This document shows positions 56,401-63,989 of a stretch of DNA of 64,000 bases, piece by piece. The position numbers and the translations under genes were made by a program. This DNA is from a virus. Below the pieces are notes generated by a model. It worked only from the letters and a program-made list of their open reading frames with translations. It did not search any database and was not told the origin of the DNA. Every line of letters starts with the position of its first letter. The stretch's first letter is position 1. The stretch spans positions 64,001 to 128,000 of IMG/VR virus record IMGVR_UViG_3300021197_001787; one strand, written 5' to 3'.

Positions 56401-56865
56401 TGCCTTGACTGCTTTCATAAATGTCTTGCGCCAAGTGCCGGCGGGCTTTGCCCACGCTTGCTTTATATTATCTGCAACAAATGCGATCTTCTTGTTTTGC
56501 TCGATGGTTTCGTCGTCGTATTGCACGCGAGTTGATGGTTCGCGTACCATTCCATCAACAGTATAGGGAGTGATGGTGCGTGCTTGGACTGGGCTATGTG
56601 TGGCGCGTGGAAGCTGTATCTGGTCTTCAAAGTTACGCTCCATGAAGCTCAGCCAGTTCTGTTGAGTGCTGTCAATGTAGCCGGGGTTGCCCAGCTTGTG
56701 TTCTTTCCAGTTATTGCCTGCGTACATCTTTGACTTCTCGGGAGCATTCGGCATGCCTTCCTCAATAAAGTCAATGATGACCTCGGGCAAGCCGATGTCT
56801 CGTAGCCCCTCCGTTAAAACTTCTTCCTGTAAATACTTAAACCAATTGCCTGTAGAAATGTCCAT
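53467..56865 (-). CDS. Very large acidic protein with leader-like N-terminus; PcfJ-like segment possible
   Basis: NWFKYLQEEVLTE; MGHCG..LYQIKGRSN. Confidence 0.6.
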   Translation of the reverse strand: MDISTGNWFKYLQEEVLTEGLRDIGLPEVIIDFIEEGMPNAPEKSKMYAGNNWKEHKLGNPGYIDSTQQNWLSFMERNFEDQIQLPRATHSPVQARTITPYTVDGMVREPSTRVQYDDETIEQNKKIAFVADNIKQAWAKPAGTWRKTFMKAVKALSKAGLPSEKVEVVKDELQRNMLAQWRVYWGRYNELFSWLNDEPANYELIKGDDIDNAYNTAMQDLENQEDPDNILHTFDDGSYWYNLQVSNCSVEGERMGHCGSDSRGVLVSLRKRQGKRKASSSYVTMTWDSDTLYQIKGRSNDAPPYEMWDHIEWFIRNFDISSVQETGEHSNDEEGFREMIEYLQTRNRDVNFTGAVDEDAIQEAIDEVVNDYDGENSSIYGELSGPEDHGGDYYSVQMNGDGSLEINLGWPGFELRNNEYTPTIAADDTTQDDRYETIPENTWGGEARDFTSELDLDEIGYHLPGETEVEWEVKMLTGAQPDDEDIDPDYPATAHLIVSFRCYEYDAVEDEDDARRIAENFASEVQTGFEEKYSEIKEEIRTKLAQEGYSVKTAYDRDRGEMSEYELDHWNIYTDKSGLEFWFRPESSADTLVEYGDMPMILKMWGQNPDSGHIDHLYSRAFGAAAPGFARSVARYGSPDLDRNMARSLERMYKKTKQANAAGQKQLPFGDKYAAKHVPIVLAKDSRFVVVGAASYNNRGQGSGAYPVMPIGWRYTIGVDSSASPEEVQTVKDIVRYFNANPQLVMDAAKETINTALEGSVSLAEATKADVMSGKAVLAAIRNIDSMYTGRAEGNDLARRAIMIATWINQNFEQMSEAEKHVAWYQYISPIRNQRFNMARNGDIEPEGDDAGKPYSWDAYVQEQLRRMRAPASVVQSYGGVQNESVEQQIDRIDNLLNELIEVRRYKMHIELSLETTQKSSIEDYKDVIRGCKGVTTVQTISTRKVAGKTMALLSLKFVLKAQEARKIYIEQLFLPYIRGIAGLNIGPAGYSFPEEVKKIREANAGLNNALNARNGRPQPTPRMSVQKVAQDWMDGGVMAYDMPMNTQNMGYHVMVPVSELKPYCSRVFRAPGDAFDGGYKNFIKNGPQTPVYVAVGQNGRIKITGNEDDVWYAMKSGLEELPVFFSYQKQV

Positions 56866-56906
56866 GCTTAAACTCCGTCACTATAAATAGTTGTTTTTGT
56901 GGGTAT

Positions 56907-57665
56907 CTACACAAATGGTGAGGTCTTTAATAATTCTGCTGTATCTTTCCAGCTTTCAACCTCGTAAGCTGCTCCATTTGGGTGTTCCTTGAGCTTTTCC
57001 GCTAAAGGGTAATCATTACCGGGGAAAGGGATCCTGTCACCCACAAAGTGAATCTGATTGTGTTCAAGGGATTCTTTGAAGTACCTATTAATTATTTGAG
57101 ATTTATCATTGCCTTTGTTAAAAATATCAATACTCACTGCGCCGCCAATAACAAAGTCTAAAGTTTTGTATTTTTCTTTTAGTTTGCTTACAATTTCTTT
57201 CCGTTCTTCCTTCTCAGCATCCCACAATTCATATTCTTTGCGCTGGTCCTGGTTGGCGTTGCGACCAACAATAGAAAAGTTAATCATGCCGACGCGCTCT
57301 TCGTGATGGCGGCCAGTTTTGGTGGGAAAATCTGATTTAGTCACGATTGAGTCCAGTCTTCTTGTGAGGTTTTTTGGGGAAACAAATTTATTCTCATAAA
57401 TTAATTCCCACTCGTTAAAACCAGTACTGTTAACGGGTTCAGGTTTTTGTAAAAATGCATTTCCCATGCATGCAAAAACACCAGACGTTCCATCAATAAC
57501 ATCCATGCCAACTTGGCCTAGTATTCTCTCAAAAGTGCCACCCGAAACAATATAAACCTCTTTACCTATCATCCATTTGAGGAATTGCCCCTGGAACACA
57601 GGATCAATTTTTTGTTTGGCTACGGTCAAAGTACCGTCAACGTCAAAGAGGTAAATATCACTCAT
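56907..57665 (-). CDS. Eukaryote-type (HAD) phosphomannomutase
   Basis: LFDVDGTLT, EERVGMINFSIVGRN, GGAVSIDIF, FVGD..GNDYPL. Confidence 0.85.
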   Translation of the reverse strand: MSDIYLFDVDGTLTVAKQKIDPVFQGQFLKWMIGKEVYIVSGGTFERILGQVGMDVIDGTSGVFACMGNAFLQKPEPVNSTGFNEWELIYENKFVSPKNLTRRLDSIVTKSDFPTKTGRHHEERVGMINFSIVGRNANQDQRKEYELWDAEKEERKEIVSKLKEKYKTLDFVIGGAVSIDIFNKGNDKSQIINRYFKESLEHNQIHFVGDRIPFPGNDYPLAEKLKEHPNGAAYEVESWKDTAELLKTSPFV

Positions 57666-58000
57666 CGCTCGTAGTCATCCGCGAGCCTAACAACATCACT
57701 GAGGTGTGGTGTCGATACCTCCATTAACCTAACGTATTCTTTGCCAGCACCAAAACGGTGTACTTGGTTGGGCTTAACGTGGTATGTTGCGCCAGTGGGG
57801 TACTTTTCAGGGGGGCCATCTTCATCGGTCCAATTCAGCAGAGTCCCCTCAAGCACATATACTGTTTCTTCTTTTGTTACATGGTACTGAAGCGATAATC
57901 GCTGTTTTGGATTAATATGCAGCATTTTAGCAACATAGTCTTCCGTTTCGGCCCATATGTGTTCAAAACCCCAAGGCTTTTCTACAACTCTTTTTTTCAT
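57662..58000 (-). CDS. Cupin, type II mannose-6-phosphate isomerase-like
   Basis: VEKPWG, RLSLQYH..EET, VVRLADDY. Confidence 0.8.
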   Translation of the reverse strand: MKKRVVEKPWGFEHIWAETEDYVAKMLHINPKQRLSLQYHVTKEETVYVLEGTLLNWTDEDGPPEKYPTGATYHVKPNQVHRFGAGKEYVRLMEVSTPHLSDVVRLADDYER

Positions 58001-58001
58001 A

Positions 58002-58379
58002 TTATCTCCAAAATAATTGTATCCCTACGATCAAAAACGACAATAAAATGCATAACATTGTTTTTGTTGTAAACATAGTTTCGTTCAACAGCCACCATGT
58101 CAGCACAGGGAAAGTAAAGTAAGAGGCGCCAAAGCCAAGCATTCTGGCTGTCCAAGCTGCGTTCGTTGCATCAACCGCAATCTTCGTTCCATACCAGAAC
58201 ATAACACTGGCGGGGATTCCAAAGATTATAGCAGCATGGAATGGCTTACCTTCCCACCAAGTCCAGATGTAATGCGAGTAACACTGGAACCAAACGCAGG
58301 CCTGTGCTGTCGCAAAAAGTGCAAAAGTTTTAGCTAATTCAATAGTTGGCAAGTATAACCTCCTTCGCTGAATCTTCAC
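58002..58379 (-). CDS. Small multi-pass membrane protein
   Basis: About 4 hydrophobic segments. Confidence 0.6.
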   Translation of the reverse strand: MKIQRRRLYLPTIELAKTFALFATAQACVWFQCYSHYIWTWWEGKPFHAAIIFGIPASVMFWYGTKIAVDATNAAWTARMLGFGASYFTFPVLTWWLLNETMFTTKTMLCILLSFLIVGIQLFWR

Positions 58380-59103
58380 GACTTGTGATTCTGCCGTATT
58401 GGTCTAATAAAATTGTTGTTGGAAAGTGTTGATACATTTTAATGATTCGTGGGTGGTAAACATAATCTAAAATTACTTTTTTGTCAAATGTTTTTAACTT
58501 CTCGCATAAATTAGCGTGGTGAACACGTGTTTCTTCAAAGCCTTTATTGATGCCATCATCTAAAAAGTTATAGCTAAAACGACCTGCTGGGATGTAAATG
58601 TAATCAGCATCAGTATCTTGAGTCACCGTATCAACAAAATCAATATCACCGTTCCAAGCAACGTCAAAATTAGTTTTTTTAAATCTCTTGATGTAGTTTA
58701 TAGCTAATGGGTTAAAGTTTTTACTGTCAAGTATTCCAGATTGAATCATGCCCTCCGAAGAGCATCTGTTTAAAATAAAAAACATCGCGGCTCTAACTAA
58801 GTGATCAGAAAACGAACGAAACCTAGTTTGATACACATCAAAAAGTTTTTCATCCTCAATAGGCCAAAAATGGTTAACAGCGTTAACAATAGTTTCAGGC
58901 GAATCAAACATACTTCTCCAAAAATCGTAAATAACATAGCTAGTAGTATGACTGAGGACATGCCGTCCAGATACACCTAGATTTATCTCGGTATTTCCGC
59001 CATATAAAAGATAAGTATCGACTTTTGAATCAATAGGAATTATCTCTTTTAGCAAAGACAGAGATTTAGGAGAAAATCTTAAATCTTTAATCGGCGAATT
59101 CAT
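58339..59103 (-). CDS. Dam/D12-class methyltransferase-like protein with degenerate catalytic motifs
   Basis: RAAMFFILNRCS; DYIYIPAG in place of DPPY. Confidence 0.6.
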   Translation of the reverse strand: MNSPIKDLRFSPKSLSLLKEIIPIDSKVDTYLLYGGNTEINLGVSGRHVLSHTTSYVIYDFWRSMFDSPETIVNAVNHFWPIEDEKLFDVYQTRFRSFSDHLVRAAMFFILNRCSSEGMIQSGILDSKNFNPLAINYIKRFKKTNFDVAWNGDIDFVDTVTQDTDADYIYIPAGRFSYNFLDDGINKGFEETRVHHANLCEKLKTFDKKVILDYVYHPRIIKMYQHFPTTILLDQYGRITSREDSAKEVILANY

Positions 59104-59779
59104 TTTCTTGAAGTTTGTTCTTTAAGTTTTCAAGCTTTGTGCCAAGATTATGGACATCTGTAAGATCAATATCATTAATTTCGGAAAGCATCCGGTGCGC
59201 GTACTCCGGGGTCATTTTAGCTGGATCTTGCTGTGAAGTCAGCTCCTGGATCTGTTGACTTACAGCCTTAATCCTGTCAACATCAATTTCTGTACCTTCG
59301 GTGTCTCGATCCTGTTGCAATTTTTCTGCTAGTAGCTGTTTCTGTGTTTTTAAAGGCGGCATGATACTTTGCATTTCTGGTTCGTTCGCAACGTCTCCTT
59401 CAAGATTTGCGAAGCGTGCAAGTAAATCTTGTGCCTGCTCGGGCGTCAATGTGGAAGGATCAAAGCTAGAAATATCTGGCACGAGCTGCGCAGCTAGTTC
59501 TTCTGGTGTAGCAGATTGCCTCAGTTGATGCTCCTCTTGTTGATACTGAACGTATCCATCAATTATTGCATGAACATCATCTAACATCACATCAATACTC
59601 GCTAGTTCTTGCCTTAAGCCACTAATCTCATTGATTGTGTTAACTGTCATCAACGAGGCCATGTCTGGCACGCTAGCGACAATGGAAGTGAGTCTAGATA
59701 TAGACTTACCAAGAATTCGCGCGGTTTCCGGTGCAAGCTCATTTTCATCAATTGTATATTGAAGTTTTATCTTTTTCAT
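59087..59779 (-). CDS. Helical hypothetical protein
   Basis: ORF track. Confidence 0.6.
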   Translation of the reverse strand: MKKIKLQYTIDENELAPETARILGKSISRLTSIVASVPDMASLMTVNTINEISGLRQELASIDVMLDDVHAIIDGYVQYQQEEHQLRQSATPEELAAQLVPDISSFDPSTLTPEQAQDLLARFANLEGDVANEPEMQSIMPPLKTQKQLLAEKLQQDRDTEGTEIDVDRIKAVSQQIQELTSQQDPAKMTPEYAHRMLSEINDIDLTDVHNLGTKLENLKNKLQENEFAD

Positions 59780-59780
59780 T

Positions 59781-60071
59781 TTATCCTCTTAAAATTTGTT
59801 TTTTAGTGTGTAGTGTTTTTTCAATAAGTTCAGGCGAACCAATAACTACAATCTCGGTGCCTGTGTTTCCTTTATCAATAATCAGTTTGGAGAATCTGTG
59901 ATTAATGTCTAATTCCTCACTGATTAATCCTTGTTCATTTATTGTCCGAAAGCGATGTTCCTCCCTGACCATGACCACATGTTCGGGGTTAATAAAGACT
60001 TCGCGTAATGAATATTTCGCGTTGTTCGTAACAGCGCCAGTGCCGCAAACTTCTGTTAATCTAACTAGCAT
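59781..60071 (-). CDS. Hypothetical protein, weak FlbD-like pattern
   Basis: MLVRLT..VFINPEHV..IVV..ELIEK. Confidence 0.5.
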   Translation of the reverse strand: MLVRLTEVCGTGAVTNNAKYSLREVFINPEHVVMVREEHRFRTINEQGLISEELDINHRFSKLIIDKGNTGTEIVVIGSPELIEKTLHTKKQILRG

Positions 60072-60270
60072 CTGTCACCATTGGGTATACATCTCTTCTC
60101 TTTACGTTCCATTTGGCATTATTAGCATAAACACGATAAATATATTGACTCAACGTGCTTAAATAAACGCCAGTAATTGGCCTCTCCGTCATTCGTAATC
60201 TCATTCCTCTCTCTGTCTCAATCCACAGTTCAACGTCCTGTGGGATGTGTACTAGATCCCCTTGATTCAT
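60061..60270 (-). CDS. Small SH3-like family protein
   Basis: MNQGDLVHI; ATGA-coupled to groEL. Confidence 0.55.
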   Translation of the reverse strand: MNQGDLVHIPQDVELWIETERGMRLRMTERPITGVYLSTLSQYIYRVYANNAKWNVKRRDVYPMVTDAS

Positions 60271-61847
60271 TGCTTGTCCTCCGTCTGTATGATCGCATAA
60301 CCAGTTGTAATCAGTGTGCCGGCACAACTAGCAGCGTTTTGAAGCGCCGTGGTTGTAACTTTAACAGGGTCAATGATACCATTTTCAAACATATTTGTTA
60401 ATTTGTTATTTCTAAAATCCCAACCCATACCATCTTCAGCATTAGTCACTGTGTTGATTAAAACATCAGGCGATTCTCCTGCATTCACGGCCATTTGCCT
60501 AAAGGGAGCCTTGCATGCTTCTGTAATTATAAGCATACCCAAATTTTGATCATCGTGGTTTGTTACAATCTCAACATTTTTGCAAGCCAGAAGTAAAGCT
60601 GTACCACCACCGCCAACAATTCCGCTCTCCTGTGCAGATCTGACTGCCTCTAGGGCATCTTCAATTCTGTGTTTCCGCTCAATCATCTCAACTTCAGTAG
60701 AGCCACCTACAGAAATGATAGCGACTCCCGATGATAGTCTAACTACGCGGCCTTGTAAAACTTCTGCGTCTCCCAGCGAACTGGTATCTTTTATCTGTTG
60801 CTTGATAGACTCAATGCGCTTATCAATCTCATTAAAATCACATTTTCCTCCCACAATCGTTGTGGAATATTTGTTACTTTCTATGGCTCGGGCAGAACCC
60901 AGATCTGAAAGTTTTACGTCGGATAATTTTGTGCCACTCTCTCTTGTAATAAATGTAGCACCCACAGATAAAGCCAGATCATCCAGTAAGTGCCGGCGCT
61001 CTTCTCCGTAGAATGGAGCTTTAATAGCAGCAATCTTTAAGGTGCCGCGCATCGCATTCATGATCATAGCAGCCAGAGCTTGACCCTCGATGTCTTCGGC
61101 TACGATGATGAGAGGGCGACCCTCGCGAGCAATCATTTCCAGTAGTGGCAGGATTGGTTCAACTTGTGAAACCTTATAATCAGTAACCAAAATCAAAGGT
61201 TCTTCATATCCCATTGTGCTTCGTCGATCATCAGTGATAAAGGCAGAAGCACAATATCCAGATTGAAACTTAAACCCTTCCGTAACGTCGATTGATGTCT
61301 GCATCGAACGGGACTCTTCAATAGTTATAGAGCCATCTTCGCCCACCCTATCAATAGCAATAGTAACAATACTTCCAATACTGGGGTCGTTATTGGCAGA
61401 AATCGTAGCAATGTGAGCGATGTCCTCTGCACTCGTAACCGGAGCGGCCATAGACTCCAAATTTTGGCTAATCTCTTGAACTGTAGCATCAATACCTCTC
61501 TTTAATTCAATTGGGGATACACCTGAAGCAATATACTTCTGCGACTCATTAAGGATCGCGCGCGCTAATACGGTAGCTGTGGTGGTGCCATCGCCTGCTG
61601 TGTTGTTCGTCTCAATGGCAGCTTGTTTGATAATCTGACAGCCCGCATTTTCAAAGGGGTCCTCAAACGTCACAAAGTGTGCAACTGTTACTCCATCTTT
61701 AGTGATAAAGGGCGCTTTGCCCTGTTCTTGCAAGATTACATTGCGGCCGCGCGGGCCGAGAGTCGACGCTACATTATCAGCCAGCGTGTTAACTCCATTA
61801 AGAATCTTTTGTTGCAAAGAAGTTTTGTTGTCATATGCTCTACTCAT
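60267..61847 (-). CDS. groEL: Group I chaperonin GroEL
   Basis: TLGPRGRNV, ITKDGVTVA, GDGTTTATVLA, IIDPVKV; no GGM tail. Confidence 0.95.
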   Translation of the reverse strand: MSRAYDNKTSLQQKILNGVNTLADNVASTLGPRGRNVILQEQGKAPFITKDGVTVAHFVTFEDPFENAGCQIIKQAAIETNNTAGDGTTTATVLARAILNESQKYIASGVSPIELKRGIDATVQEISQNLESMAAPVTSAEDIAHIATISANNDPSIGSIVTIAIDRVGEDGSITIEESRSMQTSIDVTEGFKFQSGYCASAFITDDRRSTMGYEEPLILVTDYKVSQVEPILPLLEMIAREGRPLIIVAEDIEGQALAAMIMNAMRGTLKIAAIKAPFYGEERRHLLDDLALSVGATFITRESGTKLSDVKLSDLGSARAIESNKYSTTIVGGKCDFNEIDKRIESIKQQIKDTSSLGDAEVLQGRVVRLSSGVAIISVGGSTEVEMIERKHRIEDALEAVRSAQESGIVGGGGTALLLACKNVEIVTNHDDQNLGMLIITEACKAPFRQMAVNAGESPDVLINTVTNAEDGMGWDFRNNKLTNMFENGIIDPVKVTTTALQNAASCAGTLITTGYAIIQTEDKQ

Positions 61848-61869
61848 TAATACCTCAAGTTATACCATA

Positions 61870-61898
61870 ATTATATCTCAATACTTAAAATTTGTCAA
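61870..61898 (-). promoter_or_regulatory. Consensus sigma70 promoter of groEL
   Basis: TTGACA N17 TATAAT. Confidence 0.85.
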
Positions 61899-61903
61899 GT
61901 ATT

Positions 61904-62566
61904 TTATATAATAATATCTGCAATTCCGTGTTCAACTGCCTCTTCAGCCGAAAGATAGATGTTAACTTTTTCATTTAACATCTTAGTTAATCTTTTTCTA
62001 GACAGCTTGGTGTTTTCAACAAGAGCTGACACGTAGTCATCTTGCAGTTGCTGGATTGCCTCTAATTCATTTGTTAAATTTGGCAAAGAGCCAGCAGTAC
62101 CGCCCATCACATTGTGAATCATAACTCTGCAGTTCTTGCCAATCCTGCGTTTGCCCTTGGAGCCAGCAGCTAAAAGTAATACTCCGGCCGACATAACTTT
62201 GCCTAAACCTATTGTATGTATTTCTGTGTCTTCTTTGACCACATTCATCAAGTCATAGAGGGCGAACATATCGTCTGCGGAACCGCCATACGTAGATATA
62301 TAAAACTCAATAGATTTTTTATCTTCTTCTTCCTTTTGAATTTTGTTAGACTCATTCATGTAAATTAGTGACTGGCATATTTCTGCAATCTTTTCTTGCT
62401 CAACATCGGAAAAGAGGCCAATAACCCTTAAATCTAATTCCATTGGCGATGTCGAGGCGCCAGCTAAAGCATCAGGATCTAGTAAAATTATTCTATCTCC
62501 CATATTTTCTGACTCGGCGCCTTCACTTATTTTTTCTTGAATTTTCTTTATTATCTTGTTTAACAT
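61904..62566 (-). CDS. clpP: ClpP-like protease
   Basis: ISTYGG, VMSAG, MIHN, YLSAEEAVEHGIADII. Confidence 0.88.
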   Translation of the reverse strand: MLNKIIKKIQEKISEGAESENMGDRIILLDPDALAGASTSPMELDLRVIGLFSDVEQEKIAEICQSLIYMNESNKIQKEEEDKKSIEFYISTYGGSADDMFALYDLMNVVKEDTEIHTIGLGKVMSAGVLLLAAGSKGKRRIGKNCRVMIHNVMGGTAGSLPNLTNELEAIQQLQDDYVSALVENTKLSRKRLTKMLNEKVNIYLSAEEAVEHGIADIII

Positions 62567-62577
62567 TTAAGTACCCC

Positions 62578-62985
62578 CTATGATAAAAATGTTTGGGCAA
62601 TTTTTTTATTTGAATTTAAAAAAGCCATTGCTGTTTCCCAATCTTCAAACTCAAGCACTGGTTTGAAGTAATCAGGATGCATTGCAATTATTACTGCAAT
62701 GCTCCTATTCTTAAATAGTTGCATCTCTTCTTCATGAAGCTTCTCGATCTTTTTATAAACATCATCTTCAGGGGTAACGCCACATTTGAGCAACGCGCCA
62801 AGTTTCTGGGTGCCGGCATAGCTATGCTCTTCAACGCATTTTATGAGTATTGATAGACCTACAATGTGTAAAACTTTTAATAATCTTACAGAAATTCTAG
62901 TAGATTTAACAAAATAAAAAGTTTGGCAGGTAACATATCCAAAGATAAATGTTAAAAAATAAAGCGCATACTGCTCAAAGCTCAT
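62578..62985 (-). CDS. Hypothetical protein with N-terminal TM
   Basis: ORF track. Confidence 0.6.
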   Translation of the reverse strand: MSFEQYALYFLTFIFGYVTCQTFYFVKSTRISVRLLKVLHIVGLSILIKCVEEHSYAGTQKLGALLKCGVTPEDDVYKKIEKLHEEEMQLFKNRSIAVIIAMHPDYFKPVLEFEDWETAMAFLNSNKKIAQTFLS

Positions 62986-62994
62986 AAAAATCCC

Positions 62995-63025
62995 AAAAAA
63001 ATAACCACCGGGTTACGATGGTTAT
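62995..63025 (-). terminator. Intrinsic terminator overlapping the next promoter
   Basis: ATAACCATCG/CGGTGGTTAT stem plus T-tract. Confidence 0.6.
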
Positions 63026-63052
63026 TATAGCAAACAAACAATTGTTTGTCAA
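63024..63052 (-). promoter_or_regulatory. Consensus sigma70 promoter
   Basis: TTGACA N17 TATAAT. Confidence 0.85.
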
Positions 63053-63055
63053 GCT

Positions 63056-63724
63056 TTACTTGTTAGTAAGGCGAGTAAAAATACGTTCAGCAAGTTGGTC
63101 AACCATTTCTTGCTTCTTGTTTTCACCTTGCAAGCGTGCTGCTACACGACGAGATACTTCATTAACAATATCGTCTGTGTTGTTTTCCATGTATCTCATT
63201 CCAGGCTCATCCTCGCCTTCGTCATCCATGGTCATATCATCAGCAGCATCTGGTGCGGCTTCATCTCCCAAGTCATCACCTCCTGCCGGGGAATCCACAT
63301 CGTCATCCATCTCCATATCATCCATGCCGGCTTCAGGCTCCGCGGGGCCATCGTCCATCTCAACATCAATGCCTACTAGGTCAGCAAGCTTTTGTACAAG
63401 ATCCATGAATTGATCTTCTTTATCTCCACCCATCTCAGCACCCATGTCGCCCATGTCAGCGTCCATGTCACCCATGTCAGCGTCCATATCGCCCATATCG
63501 GCGCCCATGTCACCCATATCGGCGGCCATGTCGTCCATATCAGCACCTCCGACCTCAAGGTCGTCGGGGCCGGCGGCGTCTTCCTCTTCTTCAGGTGGAA
63601 GTTCTTCTTCCTCCTCGATGGTGGGAGCCCATTCGTTTAATCTCGCGGACCCGATTGGGCCTAAATCAGCGAGCTTCATGAAGCTGCGAATTTCAGCCTC
63701 GGTTAAAAGTGTCTTGCGAGCCAT
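63056..63724 (-). CDS. Highly acidic scaffold-like protein with Met/Gly/Asp repeats
   Basis: LLTE/LNE motifs; (MxADMGD)n. Confidence 0.6.
   Translation of the reverse strand: MARKTLLTEAEIRSFMKLADLGPIGSARLNEWAPTIEEEEELPPEEEEDAAGPDDLEVGGADMDDMAADMGDMGADMGDMDADMGDMDADMGDMGAEMGGDKEDQFMDLVQKLADLVGIDVEMDDGPAEPEAGMDDMEMDDDVDSPAGGDDLGDEAAPDAADDMTMDDEGEDEPGMRYMENNTDDIVNEVSRRVAARLQGENKKQEMVDQLAERIFTRLTNK
63427..63543 (-). repeat. 21-bp (7-codon) tandem repeat encoding MxADMGD
   Basis: About 5 units inside the CDS. Confidence 0.75.
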
Positions 63725-63794
63725 TGTAAATTCTCCTTAAATTAAACTCATTGTTAAATAGTAGTCATCATTGATAAAAGACACAAAATGTTCG

Positions 63795-63989
63795 TCAATC
63801 AGCAAGATCACTTTTCTTTAACTTGTAAAGTGCTTTCTTTTCTATTTGCTTAACGCGAGCAAAAGAAATGCCCAAACGTGCAGCAGTCTCCCGAAGGGTT
63901 AAGTTGCCGTTTTTAAACACGGTTATCAGAACACAATTAAATTCTTCGGGGTAGTCAATAAAATGACGGCAATCTTGTTTCTTGCACAT
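63795..63989 (-). CDS. Sigma70 region-4-like HTH protein (possibly 5'-truncated)
   Basis: LTLRETAARLGISFARVKQIEKKALYKL; frame open to the window edge. Confidence 0.7.
   Translation of the reverse strand: MCKKQDCRHFIDYPEEFNCVLITVFKNGNLTLRETAARLGISFARVKQIEKKALYKLKKSDLAD

Larger units (their letters stand above)
7560..63762 (-). promoter_or_regulatory. Dispersed ACTAyTTA motif, candidate late promoter
   Basis: + strand TAARTAGT at 7560, 17094, 18511, 25734, 27480, 29659, 51406, 52276, 56884, 63755. Confidence 0.55.

Noticed and set aside
51404-56891. T4 late promoter TATAAATA at 51404 and 56882
   Set aside because: It is on the + strand, opposite to the genes; treated as part of the minus-strand ACTATTTA motif.
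593-63740. All plus-strand ORFs in the track
   Set aside because: They overlap longer, motif-bearing minus-strand genes, lack RBS or promoters and look like antisense shadows.
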